From the IMG/VR virus record IMGVR_UViG_3300020294_000019, positions 1-31,000 of that record: a DNA stretch of 31,000 bases; one strand, 5' to 3'. Origin of the DNA: a virus. Its lineage: Duplodnaviria; Caudoviricetes. Within the stretch, counting starts at the first letter, position 1. Each line of letters starts with the position of its first letter. The notes under the pieces are model-generated. The model did no database searches. It saw nothing but the letters and a program-made list of their open reading frames with translations, and was not told the DNA's origin. A program made the translations under genes and the position numbers. Below, in pieces: positions 18,608 through 26,185 of the stretch.

Positions 18608-18778
18608 GTGGAGGATTGCTCCGCTAATCAAATTGAGTCGGCCATCGATGGCATCTGGGAAATTCTGTTCCTTCATCCTTGGGAGCTTATTTATATCGGA
18701 CTCCCCATGTCTGTCCTGGCGTTCTACGGTCTAAGTATTTACGCCATTTTTAAACACATCCAGAAGAAGTACGAGTAA
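18608..18778 (+). CDS. Small membrane protein (56 aa)
   Basis: GTG 2 nt after the upstream stop. Hydrophobic LIYIGLPMSVLAFYGLSIYAIF followed by KHIQKK. Confidence 0.6.
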   Translation: MEDCSANQIESAIDGIWEILFLHPWELIYIGLPMSVLAFYGLSIYAIFKHIQKKYE

Positions 18779-18978
18779 TGAGGCATTGCTACGTCTGCAA
18801 TAAAGCCGGTGTTCCGATTAGAGACGCATTATGTATTGAGTGTAGGGAGAAAAGGGCATGGAAACTATTATCCTTGCGCTCGTCCTCGACACATATTCGT
18901 TCACATGGCTACCAAATTCGCGAACCCGGCTCGGACACTTTCGCATTTGCGTGTACCGCGAAATTAGACCTGTCATAG
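18778..18978 (+). CDS. Possible small CxxC...CxxC zinc-finger protein
   Basis: TAATG coupling and CYVC...CIEC, but it overlaps the next ORF by 121 nt. Confidence 0.35.
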   Translation: MRHCYVCNKAGVPIRDALCIECREKRAWKLLSLRSSSTHIRSHGYQIREPGSDTFAFACTAKLDLS

Positions 18979-19076
18979 ATCCCGCCAAAAGATACACCTG
19001 GTATCTCCACCCTTACTTCTATACCTACTGCGACCCGTATGTGATCTACCCAGTACCTGTTGAACCTGCTGAATAG
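18858..19076 (+). CDS. Small Tyr/Pro-rich hypothetical protein
   Basis: GGGAG RBS, hydrophobic N-terminus, two Cys. Ends within a hairpin at the end of the rightward operon. Confidence 0.55.
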   Translation: METIILALVLDTYSFTWLPNSRTRLGHFRICVYREIRPVIDPAKRYTWYLHPYFYTYCDPYVIYPVPVEPAE

Positions 19077-19096
19077 GTACTGCTGCGAATTTTTTT
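19051..19096 (+). terminator. Possible terminator hairpin at the end of the rightward operon
   Basis: CAGTACCTGTT (19051-19061) pairs with AATAGGTACTG (19072-19082), 10-nt loop. A T7 run starts 7 nt after the stem. Confidence 0.4.
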
Positions 19097-19158
19097 GGCC
19101 GTCCAATAGTTGGGCGACCAAAATAATTGGCCGTCCAATGGTTGGGCGACCAAAATAA
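19095..19158. repeat. 32-bp direct repeat x2 built from four TTGGNCGNCCAA palindromic 12-mers
   Basis: Units 19095-19126 and 19127-19158 differ at one base. 12-mers at 19095, 19110, 19127 and 19142. Confidence 0.95.
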
Positions 19159-19160
19159 TC

Positions 19161-19376
19161 TGCACACATTTTCTGCACACATTTTATTTCTTTGCTGTGC
19201 TTTGTGGTGCCCCTAACCTATCCGCAGCCCTTTACTTATAGGCACCAAGAGGCACTAAGAGGAACAGGCTCACAAGTTCGAGTCCCGTCCGCTCCGCCAT
19301 TTTTCTCTTTAAGTATCAGTAACTTACGATTGTGATGTGGCGTTTGCACACATTCTGCACACATTTCACACCAATT
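19161..19376. mobile_element. attP: Phage attachment site attP (core = 3' end of tRNA-Asp)
   Basis: Core GTTCGAGTCCCGTCCGCTCCGCCA (19276-19299) matches the T-loop/acceptor/CCA end of gammaproteobacterial tRNA-Asp(GTC). Arm-type TGCACACATT repeats at 19161, 19174, 19345 and 19356. IHF consensus TATCAGTAACTTA at 19314-19326. Lies immediately downstream of the integrase. Confidence 0.9.
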
Positions 19377-19380
19377 TTGC

Positions 19381-20409
19381 CTAGATATTGTTGAGCAGAT
19401 TTACCTGGTCGCGATCCTTCACACCACTAATCCAGTCGGCGTAGGTGTTGAGAAACATCTCCGTAGTGTGACCAAGCTGTTTGGCCGCAAATGCAGGCTC
19501 GACCCCGGCCATAAGCATCTCTGATGCTCTGGTGTGCCGGCAGATGTAGGCGCGGCGATAAGTCATGCGGCATTGCTTGAGCGCCTTCTTCCAGGCGTTA
19601 TTGAAATTGTCAGCATCGAGACACGGGTTATCGAATTGATTGCGGAACACGAAGCCTCCGGCAAATCTCCTGGGATGGTTCTGTAGGATCTTGGACAGCC
19701 TGGGCGATATGTAGACAGACCGCACCTTGGAAGTCTTGAGATCAGAGATACGCCTCCGCACCATTGCTCGGGTCAGCGTGATCGTATCCTTGGTAATGTC
19801 CTCCCATTTCAGCCCCAGGATCTCGCCCGTTCGCATCCCAGTCTCGAAGGCGATCGTGTAAAAGAACAGGTTATCCCCATCGAGTTTCGCCAGGAGAGAT
19901 TCCTTCTCCTTCGGTGTGAACCGGATGATCGGCGGCTTCTGGTGCTTCTTCAGTCGGATTGCGTCGACCGGGTTTGATGCGATCAGCTCTTCCTCGATCG
20001 CCAGGTCAAATACTCCCCGCAGCGGTATCAGCGAATTGCGTTTAGTTTTCTGGCTGACATCTCGCCCGGCGAGGATCTCTCGGATGTGAGACGGTCGGAT
20101 CGTGTAGATCGGTTTCTTGGCAAGCCCTTCCATCCAGTATTGGTTGAGGAGCTGCCGATAGGTTTGCCGGGTAGACGGCTTGAGATCGGACTGGTCTAGG
20201 TAGGACTGGGCGATGTTGCCGAAGGGTACTGCGGAGTCGTAACGCTGTTCGCCGTGGGATAGCTTCTCAATCCAGCTATCTCTAGCGGCAATGGCCTTCC
20301 TTAAACCAGCGTCAGTGTTGGCGAACTTGAAAGCCTTGAAGTGTCTCTGGCCGTGGATTTGGAAATTGATCTGCCAAGCTCCGTGTTGCCATCGCACTCC
20401 TTTAACCAT
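19381..20409 (-). CDS. int: Tyrosine integrase
   Basis: TGMRTGE (R), LKT (K), YICRHT (HxxR variant), LGH and TYA (Y nucleophile). N-terminal arm-binding beta sheet. Adjacent to attP. Confidence 0.95.
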   Translation of the reverse strand: MVKGVRWQHGAWQINFQIHGQRHFKAFKFANTDAGLRKAIAARDSWIEKLSHGEQRYDSAVPFGNIAQSYLDQSDLKPSTRQTYRQLLNQYWMEGLAKKPIYTIRPSHIREILAGRDVSQKTKRNSLIPLRGVFDLAIEEELIASNPVDAIRLKKHQKPPIIRFTPKEKESLLAKLDGDNLFFYTIAFETGMRTGEILGLKWEDITKDTITLTRAMVRRRISDLKTSKVRSVYISPRLSKILQNHPRRFAGGFVFRNQFDNPCLDADNFNNAWKKALKQCRMTYRRAYICRHTRASEMLMAGVEPAFAAKQLGHTTEMFLNTYADWISGVKDRDQVNLLNNI

Positions 20410-20558
20410 ATCTCTATCTCCACCGGGTCAACAACGGTCGTCCTACCGGCCACAAAATAATGCCTGCCGCGCTCTAGCTTCCGCTTCCAGCCTTTAAATG
20501 TGGTGCGCGGGATCCCAGTATCTTCACACCACTTATCTAGTGCAATCAAGTTAGCCAC
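20301..20558 (-). CDS. xis: Excisionase / recombination directionality factor
   Basis: MerR/Xis-like winged HTH (LDKWCEDTGIPRTTFKGW...GRHY...GRTTVVDPVEIEIWL), immediately upstream of and overlapping int. Confidence 0.75.
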   Translation of the reverse strand: MANLIALDKWCEDTGIPRTTFKGWKRKLERGRHYFVAGRTTVVDPVEIEIWLKECDGNTELGRSISKSTARDTSRLSSSPTLTLV

Positions 20559-20814
20559 CTAAGCCCTCCCTCAATATCTGGTTGTACTCATAGGTAAGCT
20601 CTGCGATCCAGTCCCGAAGGACGTCAGCCTTGAATAGATTTGATTGATCTAAAAACCTTGTAGATAAGGCGAGGGTGCCTTCCCCGGAGTCGTCGCAATA
20701 ACGCAGAAGCTCGATGCAAGTGAATAAATGCTCCTCGCCGTCTATTGTTATTTTGAGCTCGTCCATTTCTTCCGGCTGGTCATATTTTGTTCGCCACTTT
20801 GGTATCACGGCCAT
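20551..20814 (-). CDS. Acidic hypothetical protein
   Basis: 87-aa ORF overlapping both neighbours in the leftward operon. Confidence 0.6.
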   Translation of the reverse strand: MAVIPKWRTKYDQPEEMDELKITIDGEEHLFTCIELLRYCDDSGEGTLALSTRFLDQSNLFKADVLRDWIAELTYEYNQILREGLGG

Positions 20815-20987
20815 TCGACTTTCCTCTCTCTTCTAATTGCTGGATCCCAGTTGCGGCAGAAGTTGCAGTACCAACCGATCCGTATGCCTTGGGGCGTGTC
20901 ACTTCTGCGCTCCTGGGCGTATGAGATAATTTCTACCGCTACCTTGCCGCAGTTCGGGCAAGGCTTAGTTTCCATGCGTTTACTCAT
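20805..20987 (-). CDS. Small zinc-ribbon protein
   Basis: KPCPNCG...WYCNFC. Start taken at ATG 20987, overlapping the upstream stop (alternative 20975). Confidence 0.6.
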   Translation of the reverse strand: MSKRMETKPCPNCGKVAVEIISYAQERRSDTPQGIRIGWYCNFCRNWDPAIRRERKVEWP

Positions 20988-21171
20988 CCGGCTTCGTAAA
21001 GTCGGTGGGCAAACCAAAGCCCTCAGTTTCGAGGGCAATGACTGTTTGAATCAGCTCCACGGGATCGACTTTGATGTGGTTAGGGACAGACTCATCTTCT
21101 GCCGCATGAACCATGTGGTGCTCGATGAGGACATTGGCCCAGCGGATTACGTCCGCTCTGGTCTTAATCAT
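20980..21171 (-). CDS. Hypothetical protein
   Basis: MIKTRADVIRW... start overlaps the DUF3310 stop by 8 nt; operon packing. Confidence 0.55.
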   Translation of the reverse strand: MIKTRADVIRWANVLIEHHMVHAAEDESVPNHIKVDPVELIQTVIALETEGFGLPTDFTKPDE

Positions 21172-21484
21172 CGAAACGGTTTGCGATGGCTCGATCGAGG
21201 TGCCACTTGGCCTTCTCAATGTCCTCCCATCCACCCTTCTTGTGGGCCCTCAGAATGTACTGAACGGCCGTGAGAACATGGAAGCCCTCGTTGCCATCGT
21301 AGTACGGGCCCATCTCTTCGAGGATATAAACCACCTCTATGCCGGCGATATGGTAGTGCGGCGGGTCATTAACCATGTCCGCATCGCCATCTACCTCCCG
21401 CTGACTTTTGGCGATCGCTCGATCCGACCGGGCGTGATTTCTCTCTATTCGCTTAGCGATGCTTAAATCTGCTGCCTCTTCCAT
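21164..21484 (-). CDS. DUF3310 family protein (T7 gp1.7-like putative nucleotide kinase)
   Basis: DMVNDPPHY...IE...YILRAHKKGGWEDIEKAKWHL signature. GGAGG RBS. Confidence 0.85.
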   Translation of the reverse strand: MEEAADLSIAKRIERNHARSDRAIAKSQREVDGDADMVNDPPHYHIAGIEVVYILEEMGPYYDGNEGFHVLTAVQYILRAHKKGGWEDIEKAKWHLDRAIANRFDD

Positions 21485-21493
21485 GACTGCCTC

Positions 21494-21883
21494 CTAGAAT
21501 GGGATGTCATCTTCATTGAAAGCGGATTCCTGGCTAGGCGATGAGGCGCCGGAGCTGGAGCCTTTGGAATCCAAATACTGAACGTAAGTGACCTTGATTC
21601 TCGTGTACCAAACGCCAGTCTCTTCGTTTTTGTTTTTCTTGATTGCGCCCTCCAAATATACCTTTGAGCCTTTTTTCATATACTTGTGGAAGTTGTCTGC
21701 CGGCTTGTCCCAAATCTCTAGGTCATGCCAGGTTGTCTCCTCCCCCTTGGAGCCGTCTTTGTTTGTCCAGGTTTCGGTTGTGGCAATGCTTACGTTGCAA
21801 ACTCGACTACCGGAAGGGAGGGTTTTGATCTCTGGATCCCTGCCCAGATTTCCGATCAGAATTGCTTTGTTCACGGTGCTCAT
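21494..21883 (-). CDS. ssb: Single-stranded DNA-binding protein
   Basis: VNKAILIGNLGRDPE OB-fold start, KGSKVYLEG motif, C-terminal DDIPF. Confidence 0.95.
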   Translation of the reverse strand: MSTVNKAILIGNLGRDPEIKTLPSGSRVCNVSIATTETWTNKDGSKGEETTWHDLEIWDKPADNFHKYMKKGSKVYLEGAIKKNKNEETGVWYTRIKVTYVQYLDSKGSSSGASSPSQESAFNEDDIPF

Positions 21884-22848
21884 TTCATTCTCCTAATTTG
21901 AACGCTGTCCTCGCCATGAACCCGGTACTTCTCGAGATCGATATGAGGGGCTTCGGTTTTAAATGCTTTCTCCCAGCAGATCATGCTGCGGCCCTTGACC
22001 GGGATGATCTGCCAGTCCCGGCCTTGAACAATTTGCTTCTTATGGGCGTTGACCTCATGCCAGGAGCGCATCTCTGCCTTGATGGCATCGTCCTGTTTCT
22101 TTAAGTCAGCCATCTGGTCAGCGATCAGACTCCGGCGACCCTCGAGGGACTGAAAATCCTCGAGCTCGCTTGCATCTATTGGGGGTAGGTAATTCTCGAC
22201 GTCCTTAGAAAACTGCATCCAGGCGTCGATCAGCTTGGCTCTGCGCTCTGGCTTCGATGTGTACCAAGCCATGTGCATATTGTCGACAGTGCCGTCAGAG
22301 CAACACATGATGGCTTTCTCAGCGCCGGAGACGAGGAGCTGGTGCTCCAGTTGCCAGTAGTGGGTGGCCGGAACCACGCCTGTATCGAGCGCGGCAATCA
22401 GCTTTTTGTTTGCGAGCTTGTGCTCCCAGATTAGCTTGCCGTCCCAGGTGATTCCGTCGAATGAGGCCGACAGCTTGACTGCTAGTGTGTCGCGCACTTC
22501 CTCCGGCTGATCCTCTGGAAACTCTCCGGGCTCAACCACTCCGCAGCGGGGTAGCAGAAAACTCTCGCCCTTGTTCCACGGGATATAGAACGAGCCGTTC
22601 TCCGGCTCCATTTGCACCAGATACTGCTCAACGATTGGCCGGGCGTCTGCTTCAGCCTTGTGGCCTTTGGCAAACAGCGCCAGCGTAATGTCGTTGAACT
22701 GCTCCTTTTCCCCGGTAGCTTTCTCCCGCAATAACTTGTCACGGTCAGAGCTCGAGCCCATCAGCTTGTTAGCGTCAGAGGCTCCCCAGTGCTCGTCACG
22801 CCAGTTTTTCCACTCGGGGGTGCCCTGGTCTAAGTCAGCGTAGATCAT
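21880..22848 (-). CDS. YqaJ-like (lambda-exonuclease family) recombination nuclease
   Basis: QGTPEW..WR...GAS, GH..E..AR, SASFDG, WEHK and YWQLEHQLLV motifs. Confidence 0.9.
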   Translation of the reverse strand: MIYADLDQGTPEWKNWRDEHWGASDANKLMGSSSDRDKLLREKATGEKEQFNDITLALFAKGHKAEADARPIVEQYLVQMEPENGSFYIPWNKGESFLLPRCGVVEPGEFPEDQPEEVRDTLAVKLSASFDGITWDGKLIWEHKLANKKLIAALDTGVVPATHYWQLEHQLLVSGAEKAIMCCSDGTVDNMHMAWYTSKPERRAKLIDAWMQFSKDVENYLPPIDASELEDFQSLEGRRSLIADQMADLKKQDDAIKAEMRSWHEVNAHKKQIVQGRDWQIIPVKGRSMICWEKAFKTEAPHIDLEKYRVHGEDSVQIRRMK

Positions 22849-23519
22849 GCGGCCTCCCCGGTATTAGGAACTGCGTCCTCGAGGATCTTCATTTGCTCTG
22901 GTGTAGCAACGCATCCGTTTTTGCTGAGTAGCTCAATCGCCGCGGTGATCGTTTTCCCGGCGGAAATCTGCTTTACCAGGGCGTCGATGGTTTTCTTCGG
23001 CGGGGCCTTGGGTGGCTCGGGCTCGGCTTTGATCTCGAGCTTGGTTGCGGAAGAGGAATCTTCTTCGGCCTTCTCGTTACTGCCAAAGTCCTCAATGTCC
23101 TGGATGGCTACCCAATTCCAACAGGTAAGGCCCAGGCCGTGCATGGCGATCGCTTTAGTAAGGCAGCGCATCCTGGCCGTGTTGACTTGGTGCCGGTTGG
23201 GGTTGATCGCGGGCTTGTTGTTGTTCTGCAAGACCGGAAGGATCATCTGGATGGTATTGCCCAGGCTGGTTACAGAGCAGACAACCTCAACCTCTCCAGA
23301 CTCGAAGTGTCGGTCAGGCTCGTAAACATATTCCGCATCTGGGCGGTAATGCTTGAACAGCCCCCAGGCTAAAGACCAGGGTAAATACTCGCCCTGCTTC
23401 TTCCTGGTGTATTTCTCAATCTTGATGTTGTAGAGCTTGTCGAAAGTATCAAACTTGCCGGTGGCCTCTACCTCGACTCGGGTTTCATTTGATTTGAGGT
23501 CGATTTCCTTACTGGACAT
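22845..23519 (-). CDS. Sak3/DUF1071-like single-strand annealing protein
   Basis: YLPWSLAW...LPVL..NNKP..NP....VNTARMRCLTKAIAMHGLGL signature. GGAGG RBS before ATG 23519. Adjacent to the exonuclease and SSB. Confidence 0.85.
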   Translation of the reverse strand: MSSKEIDLKSNETRVEVEATGKFDTFDKLYNIKIEKYTRKKQGEYLPWSLAWGLFKHYRPDAEYVYEPDRHFESGEVEVVCSVTSLGNTIQMILPVLQNNNKPAINPNRHQVNTARMRCLTKAIAMHGLGLTCWNWVAIQDIEDFGSNEKAEEDSSSATKLEIKAEPEPPKAPPKKTIDALVKQISAGKTITAAIELLSKNGCVATPEQMKILEDAVPNTGEAA

Positions 23520-23829
23520 AATCAGCCTCCTGCATGACAGACAGGGCATCGAGCTGCTGGCTGTAGACGTAGGCGAACTGATAACCCAGGTGGTAATACT
23601 CTGGGATGCCTTTGGGTGTGCGGAAGTCGTAGCGGTGGGGCTTCAGATTCATCTCATCGAAGAAGCCATTGAACCAGGCCACAGTCGACTGTTTAAGCTC
23701 CGGTGCGAACATGCAATCCAGGACGCACTGTTGCTCTACCTCCGGGGTAACGATCTCTACCCCTCGGGTTCGGTGTGTTTCCGCGACCTCAAAAACCTCA
23801 GTGGTCGCTTGTTTGAGTTGTGATTTCAT
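23509..23829 (-). CDS. Hypothetical protein, first gene of the leftward early operon
   Basis: 106 aa, AGGAG RBS, overlaps the downstream gene. Confidence 0.65.
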   Translation of the reverse strand: MKSQLKQATTEVFEVAETHRTRGVEIVTPEVEQQCVLDCMFAPELKQSTVAWFNGFFDEMNLKPHRYDFRTPKGIPEYYHLGYQFAYVYSQQLDALSVMQEADYVQ

Positions 23830-23872
23830 TTCATCTCCTAACGCCGGCCTTAGGTGGCGGGCTATGGAGACA

Positions 23873-23902
23873 AATCTAGTCCATTAAGGTACAATGCGTC
23901 AA
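23873..23902 (-). promoter_or_regulatory. Putative sigma70 leftward early promoter (PL-like)
   Basis: Minus strand TTGACG-18 nt-TAGATT, upstream of the recombination/int operon. Confidence 0.55.
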
Positions 23903-24039
23903 CGACTTTTGGCGTTTTTATGGTTTAGTTTGGATGTATCGCCTCAATGGACACAAAAAAATGGCAATAGTTTTAATTTTGCTCGATAGGGTGTATTCTA
24001 AATTTTCAATTTCTTTTGGCTGGCTTCGCCGGACTAGGT

Positions 24040-24243
24040 ATGTATCAAGTGGATATTAAAGCCGCAAAAGAAAGGATTGCATCCGTATCTCCTACGGATA
24101 AGAAGTCCGAGCAGCGAGCTAAACGCACCCGATCTGCGTTGGAAAGACTAGAGGAAAGCGGGGCGGCAAGGGATACCGCCACGTTGGGTTTGGTCAGTCT
24201 ATTTTGCGACGAGTTACTAGGGCGTCAAGCATTTGACGGATAG
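24040..24243 (+). CDS. Possible small hypothetical protein convergent with the repressor
   Basis: 67-aa helical-looking ORF from ATG 24040 with a weak RBS. Overlaps the repressor 3' end by 50 nt. Confidence 0.3.
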   Translation: MYQVDIKAAKERIASVSPTDKKSEQRAKRTRSALERLEESGAARDTATLGLVSLFCDELLGRQAFDG

Positions 24244-24523
24244 CGACCTGGCCTTCAACATCAAGGGAATTAAACTTCTGCATGATGTTATCTGACTTGG
24301 CGTGGTCTTGATCGAGCCACCCCGTTTCTAGTTCGCATCCGAGCTCAATCTTCCGGGCCAGTCTGTCGCCCACGTTTCGTGCAGAGCTGCCGGAATGAAA
24401 TATCCTAGCAATCTGCATGTGGGTTACACCGATATGCTTGGCTAATCGGTTTCTAACGCCCTGGAACTTTGTGTCGATAAGATATCTAAGGTTCTCTCTA
24501 CGTATATCTGCGGCTGTCCTCAC
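24194..24523 (-). CDS. CI-like XRE/HTH repressor without a C-terminal peptidase domain
   Basis: IRRENLRYLI...LAKHIGVT...RNVGDRLARKIELGCELETGWLDQDH matches the N-terminal domain of Pseudomonas-type phage repressors. GTG 24523 has a GGAG RBS. Sits between the divergent early operons. Confidence 0.8.
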   Translation of the reverse strand: MRTAADIRRENLRYLIDTKFQGVRNRLAKHIGVTHMQIARIFHSGSSARNVGDRLARKIELGCELETGWLDQDHAKSDNIMQKFNSLDVEGQVAIRQMLDALVTRRKID

Positions 24524-24591
24524 TGTTAGGATCTCCGTGGTAATTAGACAATTGGGCCCTTTCGTAATGGCCTCCAGCGGTTCTCTAATTA

Positions 24592-24903
24592 TCAACGGGG
24601 TAGACTGGCTGGCGCTTTCATCCTCCGCAAATGCAAGTAATCTTCTAAATCTGACTGTATTTCGGCTTTCACTAAAGCCAAAAACTTATGCCGTCCCTTC
24701 GAACAAAGGTGCTTTCCAGTGCTTGTAAGGACAGCAGGGTCTTTTTTCGCAAGCCTTTCTAAATTAACTCTGCTCCATACGTTCCAGATTTTTTGTTTAT
24801 ATGCCTGGTAAAAAGCTGGGTCAAATGACCGTATGCCTTGGCGATTTCTTATTAGCCTTACGAGCGATCGCGCCCGCTTGCTAAACCGTTTTGGAAATTT
24901 CAT
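24592..24903 (-). CDS. Basic hypothetical protein upstream of the repressor
   Basis: 103 aa, K/R-rich, GAGG RBS. Confidence 0.55.
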   Translation of the reverse strand: MKFPKRFSKRARSLVRLIRNRQGIRSFDPAFYQAYKQKIWNVWSRVNLERLAKKDPAVLTSTGKHLCSKGRHKFLALVKAEIQSDLEDYLHLRRMKAPASLPR

Positions 24904-25000
24904 CTATGCCTCGCGGAAATGATGTTAATCGACCTAACAACCTAGTTACGCCGGACATCTACATCGTTACAGCATGCCCTAATGGATCTAGTTTAATCCA

Positions 25001-25029
25001 TTGAAAATACGATTGTCCATACATTTAAT
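25001..25029 (+). promoter_or_regulatory. Putative upstream rightward sigma70 promoter
   Basis: TTGAAA-17 nt-TTTAAT. Confidence 0.4.
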
Positions 25030-25090
25030 GCAAAAAGCGTTGAAAATACTGAGGTTTTTCTTACAGCGGAAAGGGCTCCATCGAAATGTA

Positions 25091-25119
25091 TTGAAAGGTA
25101 GTCCAAAGAGGAGTATTTT
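25091..25119 (+). promoter_or_regulatory. Putative rightward early promoter (PR-like)
   Basis: TTGAAA-17 nt-TATTTT, just upstream of the GGAGG RBS of the replication operon. Confidence 0.5.
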
Positions 25120-25139
25120 TCATGGTGGAGGTGTTCACT

Positions 25140-25514
25140 ATGTTAAATATTCTGGGACGTTTTGACCGTGTTAAGCAGAAAAATAGTAACCGGGGACGCA
25201 ATGAGTGGGAAAGCGCCTGTCCAGCGTGTGACAGCCGGGAGCGAAAGCTAGTCATCACCGAGGAATCCGATAGATTCTTGCTGTATTGCCGCCGAGGCTG
25301 TTGCCATGAAGCAATCGTAAGCGCTGCCGGGCTCACCTGGCGTGATCTCAAGAAAGATAACTACGTCAGCAAGCCGAAACCCAAGTTTGATACCTATCAC
25401 CAGGCGCTAATCCTTGTGGCCGAGGCTGATATGGCTAGGGGCAAGGTGTTAAGTGCGGGTGATCTGGGCCTGTACCGAGACGCTAAGCGCCGGCAAGTAG
25501 GGTTATCGGCATGA
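25140..25514 (+). CDS. Stand-alone primase-type zinc-binding domain protein
   Basis: W...CPAC...LVI.....LLYCRRGC..EAIVSAAGL.W.DL is a variant of the CPAH/CHC2-type primase Zn finger. GGAGG RBS before ATG 25140. Confidence 0.7.
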   Translation: MLNILGRFDRVKQKNSNRGRNEWESACPACDSRERKLVITEESDRFLLYCRRGCCHEAIVSAAGLTWRDLKKDNYVSKPKPKFDTYHQALILVAEADMARGKVLSAGDLGLYRDAKRRQVGLSA

Positions 25515-26185
25515 TGTGGCTGAAGCTCTACGTGGATATCGCTCAGAATCCTCGCATGAAGCTGTTGGCCTTCGAGGATCGGTGGCATTACATCTCACTC
25601 CTCTGCGCGAAAGCGGAGGGATATCTCGATGAGCGGCCGGAGCTCCGCGATCGAATGGTCAGTGTTCACCTGGGCCTGACACCCAGTGAGCTCGAGAACG
25701 TCAAGGATCGGTTGGTCGATGTCGGGTTAATCAGCGACACCTGGCAAATTTATAACTGGGACGAGAAGCAATCCAAGGATGCGACCGGGGCTGCCAGGAA
25801 GCGCAGAGAGCGAGCCCGAAAGAAAGCCGAACAAGAATCTTCCCCTACTAATAAGAATAAGAATATAGATATAGAAGGAAAATGTGACAGTCACGCGACC
25901 GTCACGGGACAGTCACGGGACATCGAAAAGGATGAGCAGATAGAGAGAATCTGGGAGCTTTACCCCAGAAAAGTAGGCAAGAAAGCCTGCCTCCCGAAAC
26001 TACAAAAACTCGACACTGCCACGCTGGATTTGATTGAAAAGGATCTCCGCACCCGCGTCTGGGAGGAAAATCCAAAATTTATTCCTTATCCAGAAAGGTA
26101 CATCAGCCGAGAGCGCTGGCTCGACGAGATCTCCATGCCAGCCCCGGATACCGAGGACTTTGATGCGGGGGTGCTGATCGGATGA
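25511..26185 (+). CDS. Phage replication initiator (O-like / replisome organizer)
   Basis: N-terminal WLKLY.D...NP..KLL...RWHYI.LLC, A.RKRR.R linker, C-terminal W.LYPRKVGK and F.P.P..Y...RW.DE. Contains internal iterons and precedes the helicase. Confidence 0.85.
   Translation: MMWLKLYVDIAQNPRMKLLAFEDRWHYISLLCAKAEGYLDERPELRDRMVSVHLGLTPSELENVKDRLVDVGLISDTWQIYNWDEKQSKDATGAARKRRERARKKAEQESSPTNKNKNIDIEGKCDSHATVTGQSRDIEKDEQIERIWELYPRKVGKKACLPKLQKLDTATLDLIEKDLRTRVWEENPKFIPYPERYISRERWLDEISMPAPDTEDFDAGVLIG
25850..25922 (+). promoter_or_regulatory. Putative replication origin (iterons plus AT/purine-rich tract)
   Basis: 11-bp repeats GTGACAGTCAC (25884), GCGACCGTCAC (25895), GGGACAGTCAC (25906) and a partial copy (25917), preceded by AATAAGAATAAGAATATAGATATAGAAG. 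Confidence 0.75.

Noticed and set aside
19095-19158. Mini CRISPR array
   Set aside because: The two 32-bp units are directly adjacent with no spacer, and no cas genes are present.
18909-19182. Minus-strand ORFs with repeated YFGRPTIGRP peptide
   Set aside because: They are translations of the palindromic repeat and attP arm sites and overlap better-supported plus-strand genes.
19261-19299. Complete tRNA gene
   Set aside because: Only the last 24 nt match a tRNA. There is no D-arm, anticodon arm or 5' acceptor strand upstream, so it is the attP core.
23841-23862. nut/boxB-like hairpin in the leftward leader
   Set aside because: The stem is short and imperfect, with no boxA or N-like gene identified.
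20728-23887. Plus-strand ORFs across the recombination operon
   Set aside because: Antisense to well-recognised, tightly coupled minus-strand genes.
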